The position numbers and the translations under genes are program-made. Below the pieces are notes generated by a model, which saw only the letters and a list, made by a program, of their open reading frames with translations, searched no databases and was not told where the DNA came from. From Mycolicibacterium smegmatis (lineage in GTDB: Bacteria > Actinomycetota > Actinomycetes > Mycobacteriales > Mycobacteriaceae), in the NCBI RefSeq assembly GCF_001457595.1, contig NZ_LN831039.1, forward strand, positions 6,180,001 to 6,212,000: a DNA stretch of 32,000 nt, written 5' to 3'. Of this stretch, positions 9,890-18,720 are shown in pieces. How positions within the stretch are numbered: the stretch's first letter is position 1; every line of letters starts with the position of its first letter.

Positions 9890-10872
9890 GACAGAGCCCT
9901 TCCGGTCTTGGTGAAGCGGGACAGCCGCTTCTGCGGCACGGTGAGGCGCCAGCGCTGTCCCGGATCGGTGGCGATGCGCGCCCATGCGGCGAGAATCGTG
10001 GCCGATACCGTGGTGATCACGATGGCCAGGCCAGGGAAGAACGACAACCACCACGCGGTGTGCAGGTAGGTGCGCCCCTGCGCGACCATCAGGCCCCAGC
10101 TCACGTCGGGCGGCTGGATGCCGATGCCCAAGAAGCTCAGTGAGCTCTCGGCCAGCATGACGTAACAGAAGTCGAGGGTCGCGACCGTCAACAGCGTGGG
10201 CAGCACGATCGGCACGACGTGGCGCGTGATGATCGACGTCGCGCCCGCCCCGAAGGTGCGTGCGGCGTCGACGAACACGCGGCTCTGCAGCTCGGCGGAC
10301 TCGGCGCGCGCGGTGCGCAGGTACACCGGGATCCGCGTGATCGCCAGCACCAGGATGATGTTGGCCGCGCTCGGTGAGAACACGTACAGCACCACCACGG
10401 CCAGCAGCAGCGACGGGAAGCTCATGATCACGTCGGCGATGCGCATCGCGACGGTCTCGCGCCAGCCCCGGTGGTACCCGGCCCACATGCCGATCGCCGA
10501 TCCGATGACAGCCGAGAGCATTACGGCGGGAACGGCGACCGAAAGGGTCGTGCGACTCGCGACGACAAGGCGCGCGAGCATGCTGCGGCCCAGCGGGTCG
10601 GTGCCCAGGATGTCGGCCCACCCGTGGGCGAGACTGAACGGCGCGGCGTTGGAGTTGTCGAGGTCGATGTCGGTGGCGAGATCTCCGACCAGCATGGGGC
10701 CGAAGATCGCGGTGAGGAACACCAGGCCCAGTACGCACGCGGCGGTCGCCGCAACGCGGTCGTTGCCGAGCATCCGCAGCAGCGCCGCGCGGGACCGGCG
10801 CCGCGCGGGACCGGTGTCGCCGACGATGGCGGTGGTCGGCTTCGCCGGAACCAGATCGATCTGTGTACTCAT
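9886..10872 (-). CDS. Oligopeptide/dipeptide-type ABC transporter permease (DppC-like)
   Basis: GTDPLGRSMLARLVVASRTTLSVA, binding-protein-dependent permease motif EAA-like (DAARTFGAGATSIITRHVVP), SFLGIGIQPPDVSWG. Confidence 0.95.
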   Translation of the reverse strand: MSTQIDLVPAKPTTAIVGDTGPARRRSRAALLRMLGNDRVAATAACVLGLVFLTAIFGPMLVGDLATDIDLDNSNAAPFSLAHGWADILGTDPLGRSMLARLVVASRTTLSVAVPAVMLSAVIGSAIGMWAGYHRGWRETVAMRIADVIMSFPSLLLAVVVLYVFSPSAANIILVLAITRIPVYLRTARAESAELQSRVFVDAARTFGAGATSIITRHVVPIVLPTLLTVATLDFCYVMLAESSLSFLGIGIQPPDVSWGLMVAQGRTYLHTAWWLSFFPGLAIVITTVSATILAAWARIATDPGQRWRLTVPQKRLSRFTKTGRALS

Positions 10873-10880
10873 GGCGGCTC

Positions 10881-11810
10881 CTAGACCTTTGCCGGTTCCC
10901 GCACCCGGGCGTCGAGCAGTGCGTAGCAGGCGTCGATGAGGATGTTGAGGACGAAAATGCTGACGGCGGTGAGCAGTACGGCGGCCTGCAGCACCGCGAA
11001 GTCGCGTTGCAGGATCGCGTCGATCATCAGCTTGCCGATGCCGGGCCAGCCGAAGATGGCCTCGACCACCACGGCGCCGTTGACGAGGCCGACCGCCAGG
11101 TCACCGGCCACGGTGAGCGCGGGTGCGGCCGCGTTGCGCAGCGCGTGGTGGCTCACGACGCGCACGTCGCCGGCACCCTTGCTGCGCGCCAACCGGATGT
11201 AGGGCGCCGACAGTGCCGAGACCATCGCGCCGCGCACCACCTGGGTGAGTACGCCGAGTGGGCGGATCATCAGCGTCGCGATCGGCAGGATCCACGACAA
11301 CACACCGCTGTCGACCCCCGAGGTGGGCAGCCAGCCCAGCAGCACCGCGAACAGCCACACCCCGGTGATGGCGAACCAGAAATCGGGGATCGACGCCGCG
11401 GTCATCGACAGCAGGCTGGAGAACCGGTCGGCCAACGAGTTGGGCCGGTAGGCGGCCCAGCAGCCGATCACGACGGCGCCGAGGATCGCGAGAAGCATTG
11501 TGGTGAGGGCCAGTTGCAGCGTGGCGGGGAACGCGCGCAGCGCCATCTCGGCGGCCGGTTCCCCGGTGCGCAGCGACGTGCCGAAGTCCAGGTGGACGAC
11601 GCCCTTGAAGTAGTCGAGCAGCTGGGCCCCGACGGACTGGTCGAATCCGTTGGCGGCGCGGAACTCCGCTCGCTGTTCAGGCGTCGCGGATTCCGGCAGG
11701 TACAGGTTGGTGGGATCCCCGGTGAGACGCGCCAGCAGGAACACCCCGAGCAGGACGATGATCAACGGCAGGGCGCTGGTGTACATCCTGCGCCGGACGA
11801 ATGGGAGCAT
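10881..11810 (-). CDS. Oligopeptide/dipeptide-type ABC transporter permease (DppB-like)
   Basis: MLPFVRRRMYTSALPLIIVLLGVFLLARLTGDPTNLYLPESATPEQ...YIRLARSKGAGDVRVVSHHALRNAAAPALTVAGDLAVGLVNGAVVVEAIFGWPGIGKLMIDAI. Confidence 0.95.
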   Translation of the reverse strand: MLPFVRRRMYTSALPLIIVLLGVFLLARLTGDPTNLYLPESATPEQRAEFRAANGFDQSVGAQLLDYFKGVVHLDFGTSLRTGEPAAEMALRAFPATLQLALTTMLLAILGAVVIGCWAAYRPNSLADRFSSLLSMTAASIPDFWFAITGVWLFAVLLGWLPTSGVDSGVLSWILPIATLMIRPLGVLTQVVRGAMVSALSAPYIRLARSKGAGDVRVVSHHALRNAAAPALTVAGDLAVGLVNGAVVVEAIFGWPGIGKLMIDAILQRDFAVLQAAVLLTAVSIFVLNILIDACYALLDARVREPAKV

Positions 11811-11837
11811 GCTCGAACCTTCCTCGGACCTTCGGCG

Positions 11838-13400
11838 TCAGTGCTCGACGGTGTCGTCAACCGCGAACGTCATCTGCGACAACCGCATCTCGTCGCCGGT
11901 CGCCGAGTTGGGCTGGTAATCCACGCGGGGCGACTTGGCGAGCACACCGGTCATGTGCGCGATGTAGGCGAACTGCGCGATCTCGTCGGGCTCGTCGGCG
12001 AAGATCTGGGCGTAGGCCTGCTGGCGCTGCTCGCCCGTGAGTTCGCCGGCCGCTTCGATCTTGGAGTCGAATTCCGGTGTGCCGTAGGCGCTCTGAGCGC
12101 CGTCACTGCGCATGTACTGGTCGACGCTGAACGCCGCGTCACCGGCCTGGTTGCCGTGCTGGATCAGCGCGATGAACGGGCCCGCATTCGGCGGGAACGG
12201 CCGCAGCTGGTACTGCAACTGGGCCGCGGTGTCCATCATCTCGATCTTCACGTTCAGCCCGATCTTGCTGAGTTCGTTCTGGATCACCTCGACGGTCTCG
12301 GTGACATTGGGGAACAGGCTGTTGCGCCCGATCAACCGGATCCCGCGGTCCACCGGCACACCGTCGGCCCTGGCCTCGTCGATCAGCTCCCTGGCGCGGT
12401 CGGGATCGTAGGGCCACAGCTCGAGATCCTCGTTGTGGCCGACGACGCCCTCGGGGATCAGTTGCGCGGCAGGCTCACCGAGCCCGCGGTACAGGGCCTT
12501 GACGATGCCGGTGCGGTTCACCGAGTAGTTGATCGCCTGGCGCACCCGCAGATCGTCGAGCGGGGGCTCGGTCGCGGTGAGCCGCAGTGCCGTGGTCTCG
12601 TTGTTGGGGAACGGCACGCCCAGATCACCTGCCCCGTCCTCGGGCCCGACCGACGTGCCGATGTCCGCCTCGTCGTTGACCACCATGGCGGCACGCACAC
12701 TGCCCTCGCTGCGCCACTGGTATTCGGCGCGGGTGAAATCCGGTGCGGCGCCCCAGTACTTCTCGTTGCGGTGCAGCACGAGTTTCTGTCCGTACTCCCA
12801 CCGTTCGATCTCATACGGGCCCGTGCCGATGGGTTCGCGCACCTTCTCGGTGACGCTCGTGGTGTGAGGCACGATCTCGATGAACGAGATGCGCAGCGGC
12901 AGAATCGGATCGGGTTTCGCCGTGCCGACCACGACGGTGTGGTCGTCGGGTGCGGAGACCTTCAGCGGGTCGTCGCCGAAGACGTAGCCGTCGACGTTGC
13001 ACTGCAGATCCGAGTTCACCGCGCGGTCGATCGAGAACGCCGCGTCGGCCGCGGTGAACGGCGTTCCGTCGGAGAACGTCACGCCGGGGCGGATGTCGAA
13101 AGTCCATTCTCGGGGCGAGGTCTGGTGCCATCCGGTGGCCAGCAGTGGCAGCAGGTCGCCGGTCTGCGGATCGCGTTCGATGAGCGGTTCGGTGATGTTG
13201 GACCGCACCACGACACCGGTCGAGGTCAGCGAACTCTCACATGGCTCAAGCGTGGGCGGTTCCTGCGGCAGGACGATGCGCAGCGTGTCGGTGTCGTATC
13301 CGCCGCGCGCGGTGTTGGCGACCGTGCAGCCGGCTGTGGCGCCGCTGGTGATGATCGCCAGGCCGGCGATGAGGGCCAGCGGGTGCGGCGCTCGGCGCAT
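11838..13400 (-). CDS. Extracellular solute-binding protein family 5 (lipoprotein)
   Basis: ATG 13400: MRRAPHPLALIAGLAIITSGATAGCTVA (lipobox TAGC); TLEPCE...TEPLIERDPQTGDLLPLLATGW...WTFDIRPGVTFSDGTPFTAADAAFSIDRA is SBP_bac_5. Confidence 0.94.
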   Translation of the reverse strand: MRRAPHPLALIAGLAIITSGATAGCTVANTARGGYDTDTLRIVLPQEPPTLEPCESSLTSTGVVVRSNITEPLIERDPQTGDLLPLLATGWHQTSPREWTFDIRPGVTFSDGTPFTAADAAFSIDRAVNSDLQCNVDGYVFGDDPLKVSAPDDHTVVVGTAKPDPILPLRISFIEIVPHTTSVTEKVREPIGTGPYEIERWEYGQKLVLHRNEKYWGAAPDFTRAEYQWRSEGSVRAAMVVNDEADIGTSVGPEDGAGDLGVPFPNNETTALRLTATEPPLDDLRVRQAINYSVNRTGIVKALYRGLGEPAAQLIPEGVVGHNEDLELWPYDPDRARELIDEARADGVPVDRGIRLIGRNSLFPNVTETVEVIQNELSKIGLNVKIEMMDTAAQLQYQLRPFPPNAGPFIALIQHGNQAGDAAFSVDQYMRSDGAQSAYGTPEFDSKIEAAGELTGEQRQQAYAQIFADEPDEIAQFAYIAHMTGVLAKSPRVDYQPNSATGDEMRLSQMTFAVDDTVEH

Positions 13401-13696
13401 GTCGGATCCTCCAGAACAGTGATGTCCACGTATGTGGATGCTGGTTGTGACCGCAGACACACGTTAGGAATGCGTCTCTTGCGGCGTCAACCGGCCGAAA
13501 TCGGTCACCTCGGAGCGAAAATCGGCCTCGCGCAACACCGTTAGACCGCCTCGACGCCGCAAATGACCTGCACTTTTGCAGGCGAGTTCAGAACGGCAAT
13601 GCGTGCGACGCAACATGCCGAGGCCATTCATGCTGCTTGGATATCAAGCCATGCCATTTCCGTGTTAGACGGGTATTCGCGCGCCGCCTTACCGTG

Positions 13697-14695
13697 GTGG
13701 ATGTGTCCGCTCAAGAGGAAACCGACCGCGGCCCGCAGGGCGTCCTGCAGGTCGGCCCGCTCAAACCGTCCCTGAACCAGACCCTCGTGTCCACCTACGG
13801 CGCGTACGTGCTGCCCGACGGCCCCGAACGCGCGGACTTCCTCGCCGAGCACGGTGGCCGGATCACGGTGGCCGTGACCTCGGGCCGTACCGGCGTCGAC
13901 GCCGAACTGATGTCGGCGTTGCCCAATCTCGGCGCGGTGGTGAACTTCGGCGTCGGGTACGACACCACCGACGTCGACGCGGCCGCCGCACGCGACATCG
14001 TGGTCAGCAACACCCCGGACGTACTCAGCGACTGCGTCGCCGACACCGCGGTCGGGTTGCTGATCGACGTGATGCGCAGATTCTCGGCGTCCGACCGATA
14101 CGTGCGCGCGGGCCGTTGGGTCACCGACGGTAATTACCCTCTGGCGCACAAGGTTTCGGGTTCACGCGTCGGGATCATCGGGCTCGGCCGCATCGGCACC
14201 GCGATCGCGACCCGGCTCGGCGCATTCGGCTGCACCATCAGCTACCACAACCGCCGCGAGATCGAGGGCAGCGGTTACCGCTACGTGGGTTCGGCCGCCG
14301 ACCTCGCCGCGCAGGTCGACGTGCTGATCATCGCCGCGGCAGGCGGTGCGGGCACGCGTCACCTCGTCGACCGCGCGGTGCTCGACGCGCTCGGACCCGA
14401 CGGCTACCTGGTCAACATCGCCCGCGGCAGCGTCGTCGACGAGGACGCGCTCGTCGAGGCGCTGGCCGACGGCAGGCTCGCGGGCGCGGGTCTGGATGTG
14501 TTCACCGACGAACCCAACGTGCCGGAGGCGCTGCTGGGGATGGACAACGTGGTGCTGCTGCCGCATGTCGGAAGCGCAACCGTCGAGACCAGGAACGCGA
14601 TGGAGGCGCTCACGCTGGCCAACCTCGACGCCTACCTCAAGACCGGAGAACTCGTCACACCGGTGCCCATGCCGGCCCCGACACCGGCTCAGTAG
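13697..14695 (+). CDS. D-isomer-specific 2-hydroxyacid dehydrogenase (hydroxypyruvate/glyoxylate reductase-like)
   Basis: Starts at GTG 13697 or 13703 within ORF 13637..14695. VNFGVGYDTTDVDAAAARDIVVSNTPDVLSDCVADTAVGLL, VGIIGLGRIGTAIATRL, LVNIARGSVVDEDALVEAL, GLDVFTDEPNVP, LLPHVGSAT. Confidence 0.9.
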   Translation: MDVSAQEETDRGPQGVLQVGPLKPSLNQTLVSTYGAYVLPDGPERADFLAEHGGRITVAVTSGRTGVDAELMSALPNLGAVVNFGVGYDTTDVDAAAARDIVVSNTPDVLSDCVADTAVGLLIDVMRRFSASDRYVRAGRWVTDGNYPLAHKVSGSRVGIIGLGRIGTAIATRLGAFGCTISYHNRREIEGSGYRYVGSAADLAAQVDVLIIAAAGGAGTRHLVDRAVLDALGPDGYLVNIARGSVVDEDALVEALADGRLAGAGLDVFTDEPNVPEALLGMDNVVLLPHVGSATVETRNAMEALTLANLDAYLKTGELVTPVPMPAPTPAQ

Positions 14696-15618
14696 GCGAT
14701 CTGCTCGCCCACCAGTTCGTCGGTGGTCCATTCGCGTGGGGGCAGCACGTCCCGCAGCAGACGCAACAGGGCGGGGTTGGTGCTGTCGCCGCGCCACACC
14801 GCGTCGAGCTCCACGGGGCGTTCCCGGAACGCGCCGATTGAGCGGAACACCACGCCCTCGGGATGCAGCGTGGCGGCCGACGCGGGCACCAGCGCGATGC
14901 CGATGCCCGAGCGGACCAGCACCAGCATGGTGTGCACCTGCGTCACGTACTGCACGTAGCGCGGGGTGGCGCCCGCGATCGTGAACGTACTGATCAGCAG
15001 CTCGTTGAAATACCGTGCCTGCACGGGCGAGTACATGATCATGTCCTGGCCGTCGAGGTCGTTGAGGGTGAGCTGACGGCCCACATCGACCAGCGGATGC
15101 GACGCGGGCAGCGCCGCGATCAACTGCTCGTGCAACAGCGGCCGCGACACCAGGCCGGGGCGCTTGAGCGGTGGCCGCGCCATGCCGAGGTCGAGCTCAC
15201 CGGTCATGAGCCCTTCGATCTGCGCGGCGGTGACCATCTCCCGCAGGTCGAGCGTCACGTCGGGCAACTGCTCACGGGCCGCGTCGAGAAGACGCGGCAA
15301 CACCGCATGCGCCGACGCCGCGGTGAAACCGATGACCACGGTGCCCAGGTCGCCCGCGGGGACGCGTTTGACGTTGAGCGCGGCGCCTTCTGCGAGTTGC
15401 AGGATGCGCCGCGCATCCGGCAGGAAGGCGACGCCGGCCGGGGTGAGCGTGACCGAGCGTGTGGTGCGGTCGATCAGGTGCACCCCGAGTTCGTTCTCCA
15501 ACTGCTGTATCTGCCGGCTGAGCGGGGGCTGCGTCATGTGCAGGCGCTCGGCGGCCCGCCCGAAATGCAGTTCCTCGGCCACCGCGATGAAGCAGGACAG
15601 TCTCGACAAGGAGAACAC
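14689..15618 (-). CDS. LysR-family transcriptional regulator
   Basis: LSRLSCFIAVAEELHFGRAAERLHMTQPPLSRQIQQLENELGVHLIDRTTRSVTLTPAG is the canonical LysR HTH. Confidence 0.95.
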   Translation of the reverse strand: MFSLSRLSCFIAVAEELHFGRAAERLHMTQPPLSRQIQQLENELGVHLIDRTTRSVTLTPAGVAFLPDARRILQLAEGAALNVKRVPAGDLGTVVIGFTAASAHAVLPRLLDAAREQLPDVTLDLREMVTAAQIEGLMTGELDLGMARPPLKRPGLVSRPLLHEQLIAALPASHPLVDVGRQLTLNDLDGQDMIMYSPVQARYFNELLISTFTIAGATPRYVQYVTQVHTMLVLVRSGIGIALVPASAATLHPEGVVFRSIGAFRERPVELDAVWRGDSTNPALLRLLRDVLPPREWTTDELVGEQIAY

Positions 15619-15874
15619 TGCGTCAGCCTATCGGCCCAACGGCTGATCAATGCCCGACCGGCATGAATAGCGCGCGTGGCCGACCCGATTGCGTATTCGT
15701 GGTGAACACCTGCAAAGCTGGTGGTCAGGAAACGCAGAGATCAGCCAGTAGTCTGATCTTGTGCCCCTCGAGGTTGAGCCAAAAGCCTCGGGGGTGGAGA
15801 GTTGGACGGCGTCGACACGGCTACCATTTGTCGACTGCTGCCAAGAGGGCGCACAAACACCGTCGGAGGTGACG

Positions 15875-16234
15875 ATGACGAGCCAGGACCCGGCGAACTG
15901 CACGGTGGAGGAACGCCGCCTAGGAGACATCACTGTGGTGGCGGTCACCGGAACGGTGGACATGCTGACCGCACCGAAGCTCGAAGACGCGATCGGTTCC
16001 GCTGCCAAGAGCGAGCCGTCGGCCGTGGTGGTCGATCTGAGCGCGGTGGATTTCCTTGCCTCCGCGGGCATGGGCGTGCTGGTGGCAGCACACGGCGAAC
16101 TCGCGCCGGCGGTGCGCCTGGTGGTCGTGGCGGACGGCCCGGCGACGAGCAGACCGCTCAAACTTGTCGGAATCGCCGACGTGGTCGACCTGTTCGCCAC
16201 GCTCGACGAAGCCCTCTCGTCGTTGAAGACATAA
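15875..16234 (+). CDS. STAS-domain anti-sigma factor antagonist (SpoIIAA/RsbV-like)
   Basis: Start ATG 15875 (or GTG 15869) after a GGAGGT-like SD; RRLGDITVVAVTGTVDMLTAPKLEDAI...VVVDLSAVDFLASAGMGVLVAAH, with the phosphorylatable Ser in the DFLASAGM motif. Confidence 0.9.
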   Translation: MTSQDPANCTVEERRLGDITVVAVTGTVDMLTAPKLEDAIGSAAKSEPSAVVVDLSAVDFLASAGMGVLVAAHGELAPAVRLVVVADGPATSRPLKLVGIADVVDLFATLDEALSSLKT

Positions 16235-16267
16235 AACTGTGCGCAACCGGGTAGCCACCAGGTCGAT

Positions 16268-16714
16268 ATGACAGACGCAGGCGAGTCAACCAGTTTCATC
16301 AAGGCGGGCGTAGTTGCCGCCCCGGAACGCGCCGCCCAGTTGCGGCGCGAATTCTCGGAATGGCTCGGCACGCATTTCACGCTCGACCCGGTGAAGGCCA
16401 GTGACATCGTCCTGGCCGTCAACGAGGCGCTGGCCAACGCGGCGGAGTTTGCCTACACCAACGCCACAGAACCCGGTCTGATGCACGTGCGCGCCGATTA
16501 CGACACCGGGGCCGAGACCCTCACGGTCGTCGTCGCCGACGAGGGCACATGGCGGATAGGCGACACCGATCACAAGAATCCGGCACGGGGGCGCGGCATC
16601 CCGTTGATGCACGCGCTCACCGACCGTGCCGTCATCGACGCGACGCCCACCGGCACCAAGGTGCGCCTGCAGTGGGAGAACATCGCCCGCAGCGTCACCT
16701 CAGAACTGCGGTAA
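16268..16714 (+). CDS. ATP-binding (GHKL) anti-sigma regulatory factor, RsbW/SpoIIAB-like serine kinase
   Basis: AVNEALANAAEFAY (N box), VVVADEGTWRI (G1-like), ARGRGIPLMHALTD (G2); typical HATPase_c_2 protein of ~148 aa. Confidence 0.87.
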   Translation: MTDAGESTSFIKAGVVAAPERAAQLRREFSEWLGTHFTLDPVKASDIVLAVNEALANAAEFAYTNATEPGLMHVRADYDTGAETLTVVVADEGTWRIGDTDHKNPARGRGIPLMHALTDRAVIDATPTGTKVRLQWENIARSVTSELR

Positions 16715-17146
16715 CCGCACCACCTGGACGAAGAACTCGTCGATCTGTCGCACCGCGCTCATGAACTGGTCCAGGTCAACCGGTTTGGTGACATAGGCGT
16801 TCGCGTGCAGCTTGTAGCTGCGCAGGATGTCTTCCTCGGCCGATGAGGTCGTCAGCACCACGATCGGGATGTGGCACAGGTTCTCGTCGGACTTGATCTT
16901 CTCCAGCAGTTGCCTGCCGTCGTACTTGGGCAGGTTGAGGTCGAGCAAGATCAGGTCCGGGCGGGGTGCATCCGCGTAGGGTCCCCGCCGGTACAAGAAG
17001 TCCAGCCCCTCTTCGCCGTCGTGCGCGACGTGCAGATTGTTCTTGATCTTGTTGTGCTCGAAAGCTTCCCGCGTGATGAGCTCGTCGCCCGGATCGTCCT
17101 CCACCAGGAGGATGTCGATCGCGCGGGTTTCGTCGGCTGACGTCAT
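16700..17146 (-). CDS. Single-domain response regulator (Rcp1-like receiver)
   Basis: ATG 17146: DILLVEDDPGDELITREAFEHN...PDLILLDLNLPKYDGRQLLEKIKSD...IPIVVLTTSS...NAYVTKPVDLDQF; no output domain. Confidence 0.93.
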   Translation of the reverse strand: MTSADETRAIDILLVEDDPGDELITREAFEHNKIKNNLHVAHDGEEGLDFLYRRGPYADAPRPDLILLDLNLPKYDGRQLLEKIKSDENLCHIPIVVLTTSSAEEDILRSYKLHANAYVTKPVDLDQFMSAVRQIDEFFVQVVRLPQF

Positions 17147-18720
17147 GTGTTGTTTCCTTCCAGCTGGGCGTCGGTGAGGACGCCCGGCTTGTTTGTGGGC
17201 ATGACAGGCAAGGTGAAACAGAACCGGGTTCCGCCCGTGTAAGACGTGTCGATCCAGATGTTGCCGCCGTGGTGCTCGATGATCTTCTTGCACAGGGCAA
17301 GTCCGATACCGGTGCCGCTGTAGCTGTCGCGGCCGTGGAGCCGCTGGAAGATCACGAACACCTTGTCGACGAATTCCTCGGAGATGCCGATGCCGTTGTC
17401 GGACACCGTGAACAGCCAGCTGTCCACGCCGCCGCCGGTCTGGGCGTGGCACTCGATGACGATACGGGGCGCCACCCCGTCGCGGCGGAACTTCACCGCG
17501 TTGCCGAGGAGGTTCTGCCACACCATGATCAACAGCGTGGGGTCACCGTCGATGTGCGGCAGCGGTTCTTGCGGCCGGATGATCTCGGCGCCCGATTCCT
17601 CGACCGCGGTGGAGATGTTGTTCAGCGCGGCGTCGACCACCGCGTTGAGATCGACCTCGGTGGTCGTCGAATAGAGCCGGCCCACGCGTGAGAACGTGAG
17701 CAGGTCGTTGATCAGCACCTGCATGCGTTTGGCGCCGTCGACGGCGAAACCGATGTACTCGACGCCGCGCTCGTCGAGTTTGTCGCCATAACGCCGTTCG
17801 AGCAGCTGACAGAACGAGGCGACCTTGCGCAGCGGCTCCTGCAGATCATGTGAGGCCACGTAGGCGAACTGCTCGAGTTCGGCGTTGGACCGGCGCAGTT
17901 CCTCGGCCTGCTCGTCGAGCGCCAGGCGCGCCTGCTTGGACGCGTCGAGTTCATCCACGATGCGCTGGCGCATGTCCTCGACGTCGATGGCGATCGCGCG
18001 AATGTCCTTGGGACCCTTCGGTTCGATGCGCTCGGTGAAGTTGCCCTCGGTGATCCTGCGGCACGACGCGGCAAGTGCGGCCAGCGGACGGTTGACGGCG
18101 TTGCGCACCAGCACCGCCAGCACCACCGCCATTGCGAAGAACGCCACGATCATCGCGATCAGCACGCTGTTGCGCCACGTACGCATGCGTTCCATGTCCT
18201 CGATGCCGACGTTGCGCGCCTCGCTGAGATGGCGGTTCTGGACGTCGAAAAGTCCACGCAGCTGGTCGAACTGCGCTTTACCGCGCTCGGCGACCATGTC
18301 GTTGCCGATGTGCGGGCGTCCGGGCTGAATACTCGCGATCATCGGATCTGCGTAGGCGGCACGCCAAGCCGCAGCAGCCTTTTCGATCACGGCGAGATCG
18401 GCGAGGAGTTGGTCGCGGCCGTCGAGATCGTCGCGGATGCTCGCCGCGGCATCGGCCTCGGCCTGCTGCCCTTCGTCATACGGGGCCAGGAACTGGGGGT
18501 CGGCCGCGATTGCGTAACCGCGCACCGCCGTCTCCTGGTCGCGCAGCGCGGCCTGCAGTTGATAGGCCGCGACACGGGCCGGCTGGATCTCGTTGATCAG
18601 CTCATCGGAGAGGGTGTCGGTGCGGCCGACGAGCACGGCACCGGCGATCGCACCCGTGAAGACCACAACTCCCATGACCGACAGAACCAGGTTCTGCCAG
18701 CCTTGTACCGTCAATCTCAT
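17143..18720 (-). CDS. Sensor histidine kinase with CHASE3-like extracytoplasmic domain, HAMP, HisKA, HATPase_c
   Basis: Two TM segments, DQETAVRGYAIAADPQFLAPYDEG (CHASE3-like), HAMP NRPLAALAASCRRITEGNF, H box FAYVASHDLQEPLRKVASF, N/G boxes WQNLLGNAVKF, DNGIGI, GTGIGLALCKKIIEHHGG. Confidence 0.93.
   Translation of the reverse strand: MRLTVQGWQNLVLSVMGVVVFTGAIAGAVLVGRTDTLSDELINEIQPARVAAYQLQAALRDQETAVRGYAIAADPQFLAPYDEGQQAEADAAASIRDDLDGRDQLLADLAVIEKAAAAWRAAYADPMIASIQPGRPHIGNDMVAERGKAQFDQLRGLFDVQNRHLSEARNVGIEDMERMRTWRNSVLIAMIVAFFAMAVVLAVLVRNAVNRPLAALAASCRRITEGNFTERIEPKGPKDIRAIAIDVEDMRQRIVDELDASKQARLALDEQAEELRRSNAELEQFAYVASHDLQEPLRKVASFCQLLERRYGDKLDERGVEYIGFAVDGAKRMQVLINDLLTFSRVGRLYSTTTEVDLNAVVDAALNNISTAVEESGAEIIRPQEPLPHIDGDPTLLIMVWQNLLGNAVKFRRDGVAPRIVIECHAQTGGGVDSWLFTVSDNGIGISEEFVDKVFVIFQRLHGRDSYSGTGIGLALCKKIIEHHGGNIWIDTSYTGGTRFCFTLPVMPTNKPGVLTDAQLEGNNT

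Noticed and set aside
10863-13544. 893-aa plus-strand ORF opposite the DppB/SBP genes
   Set aside because: High-GC antisense shadow ORF; composition rich in R/H/G/V/D with no domain pattern, and the opposite strand carries clear SBP and permease genes.
15751-15782. CCCCTCGAGG...CCTCGGGG as a riboswitch or terminator
   Set aside because: Imperfect stem with a two-base bulge, no family resemblance; at best a weak leader hairpin.
16235-16267. GGGTA at ~16246 as an internal SigF promoter for the RsbW-like gene
   Set aside because: The nearest GTT-like -35 is ~23 nt away rather than 15-17; the 33-bp gap is more consistent with co-transcription.
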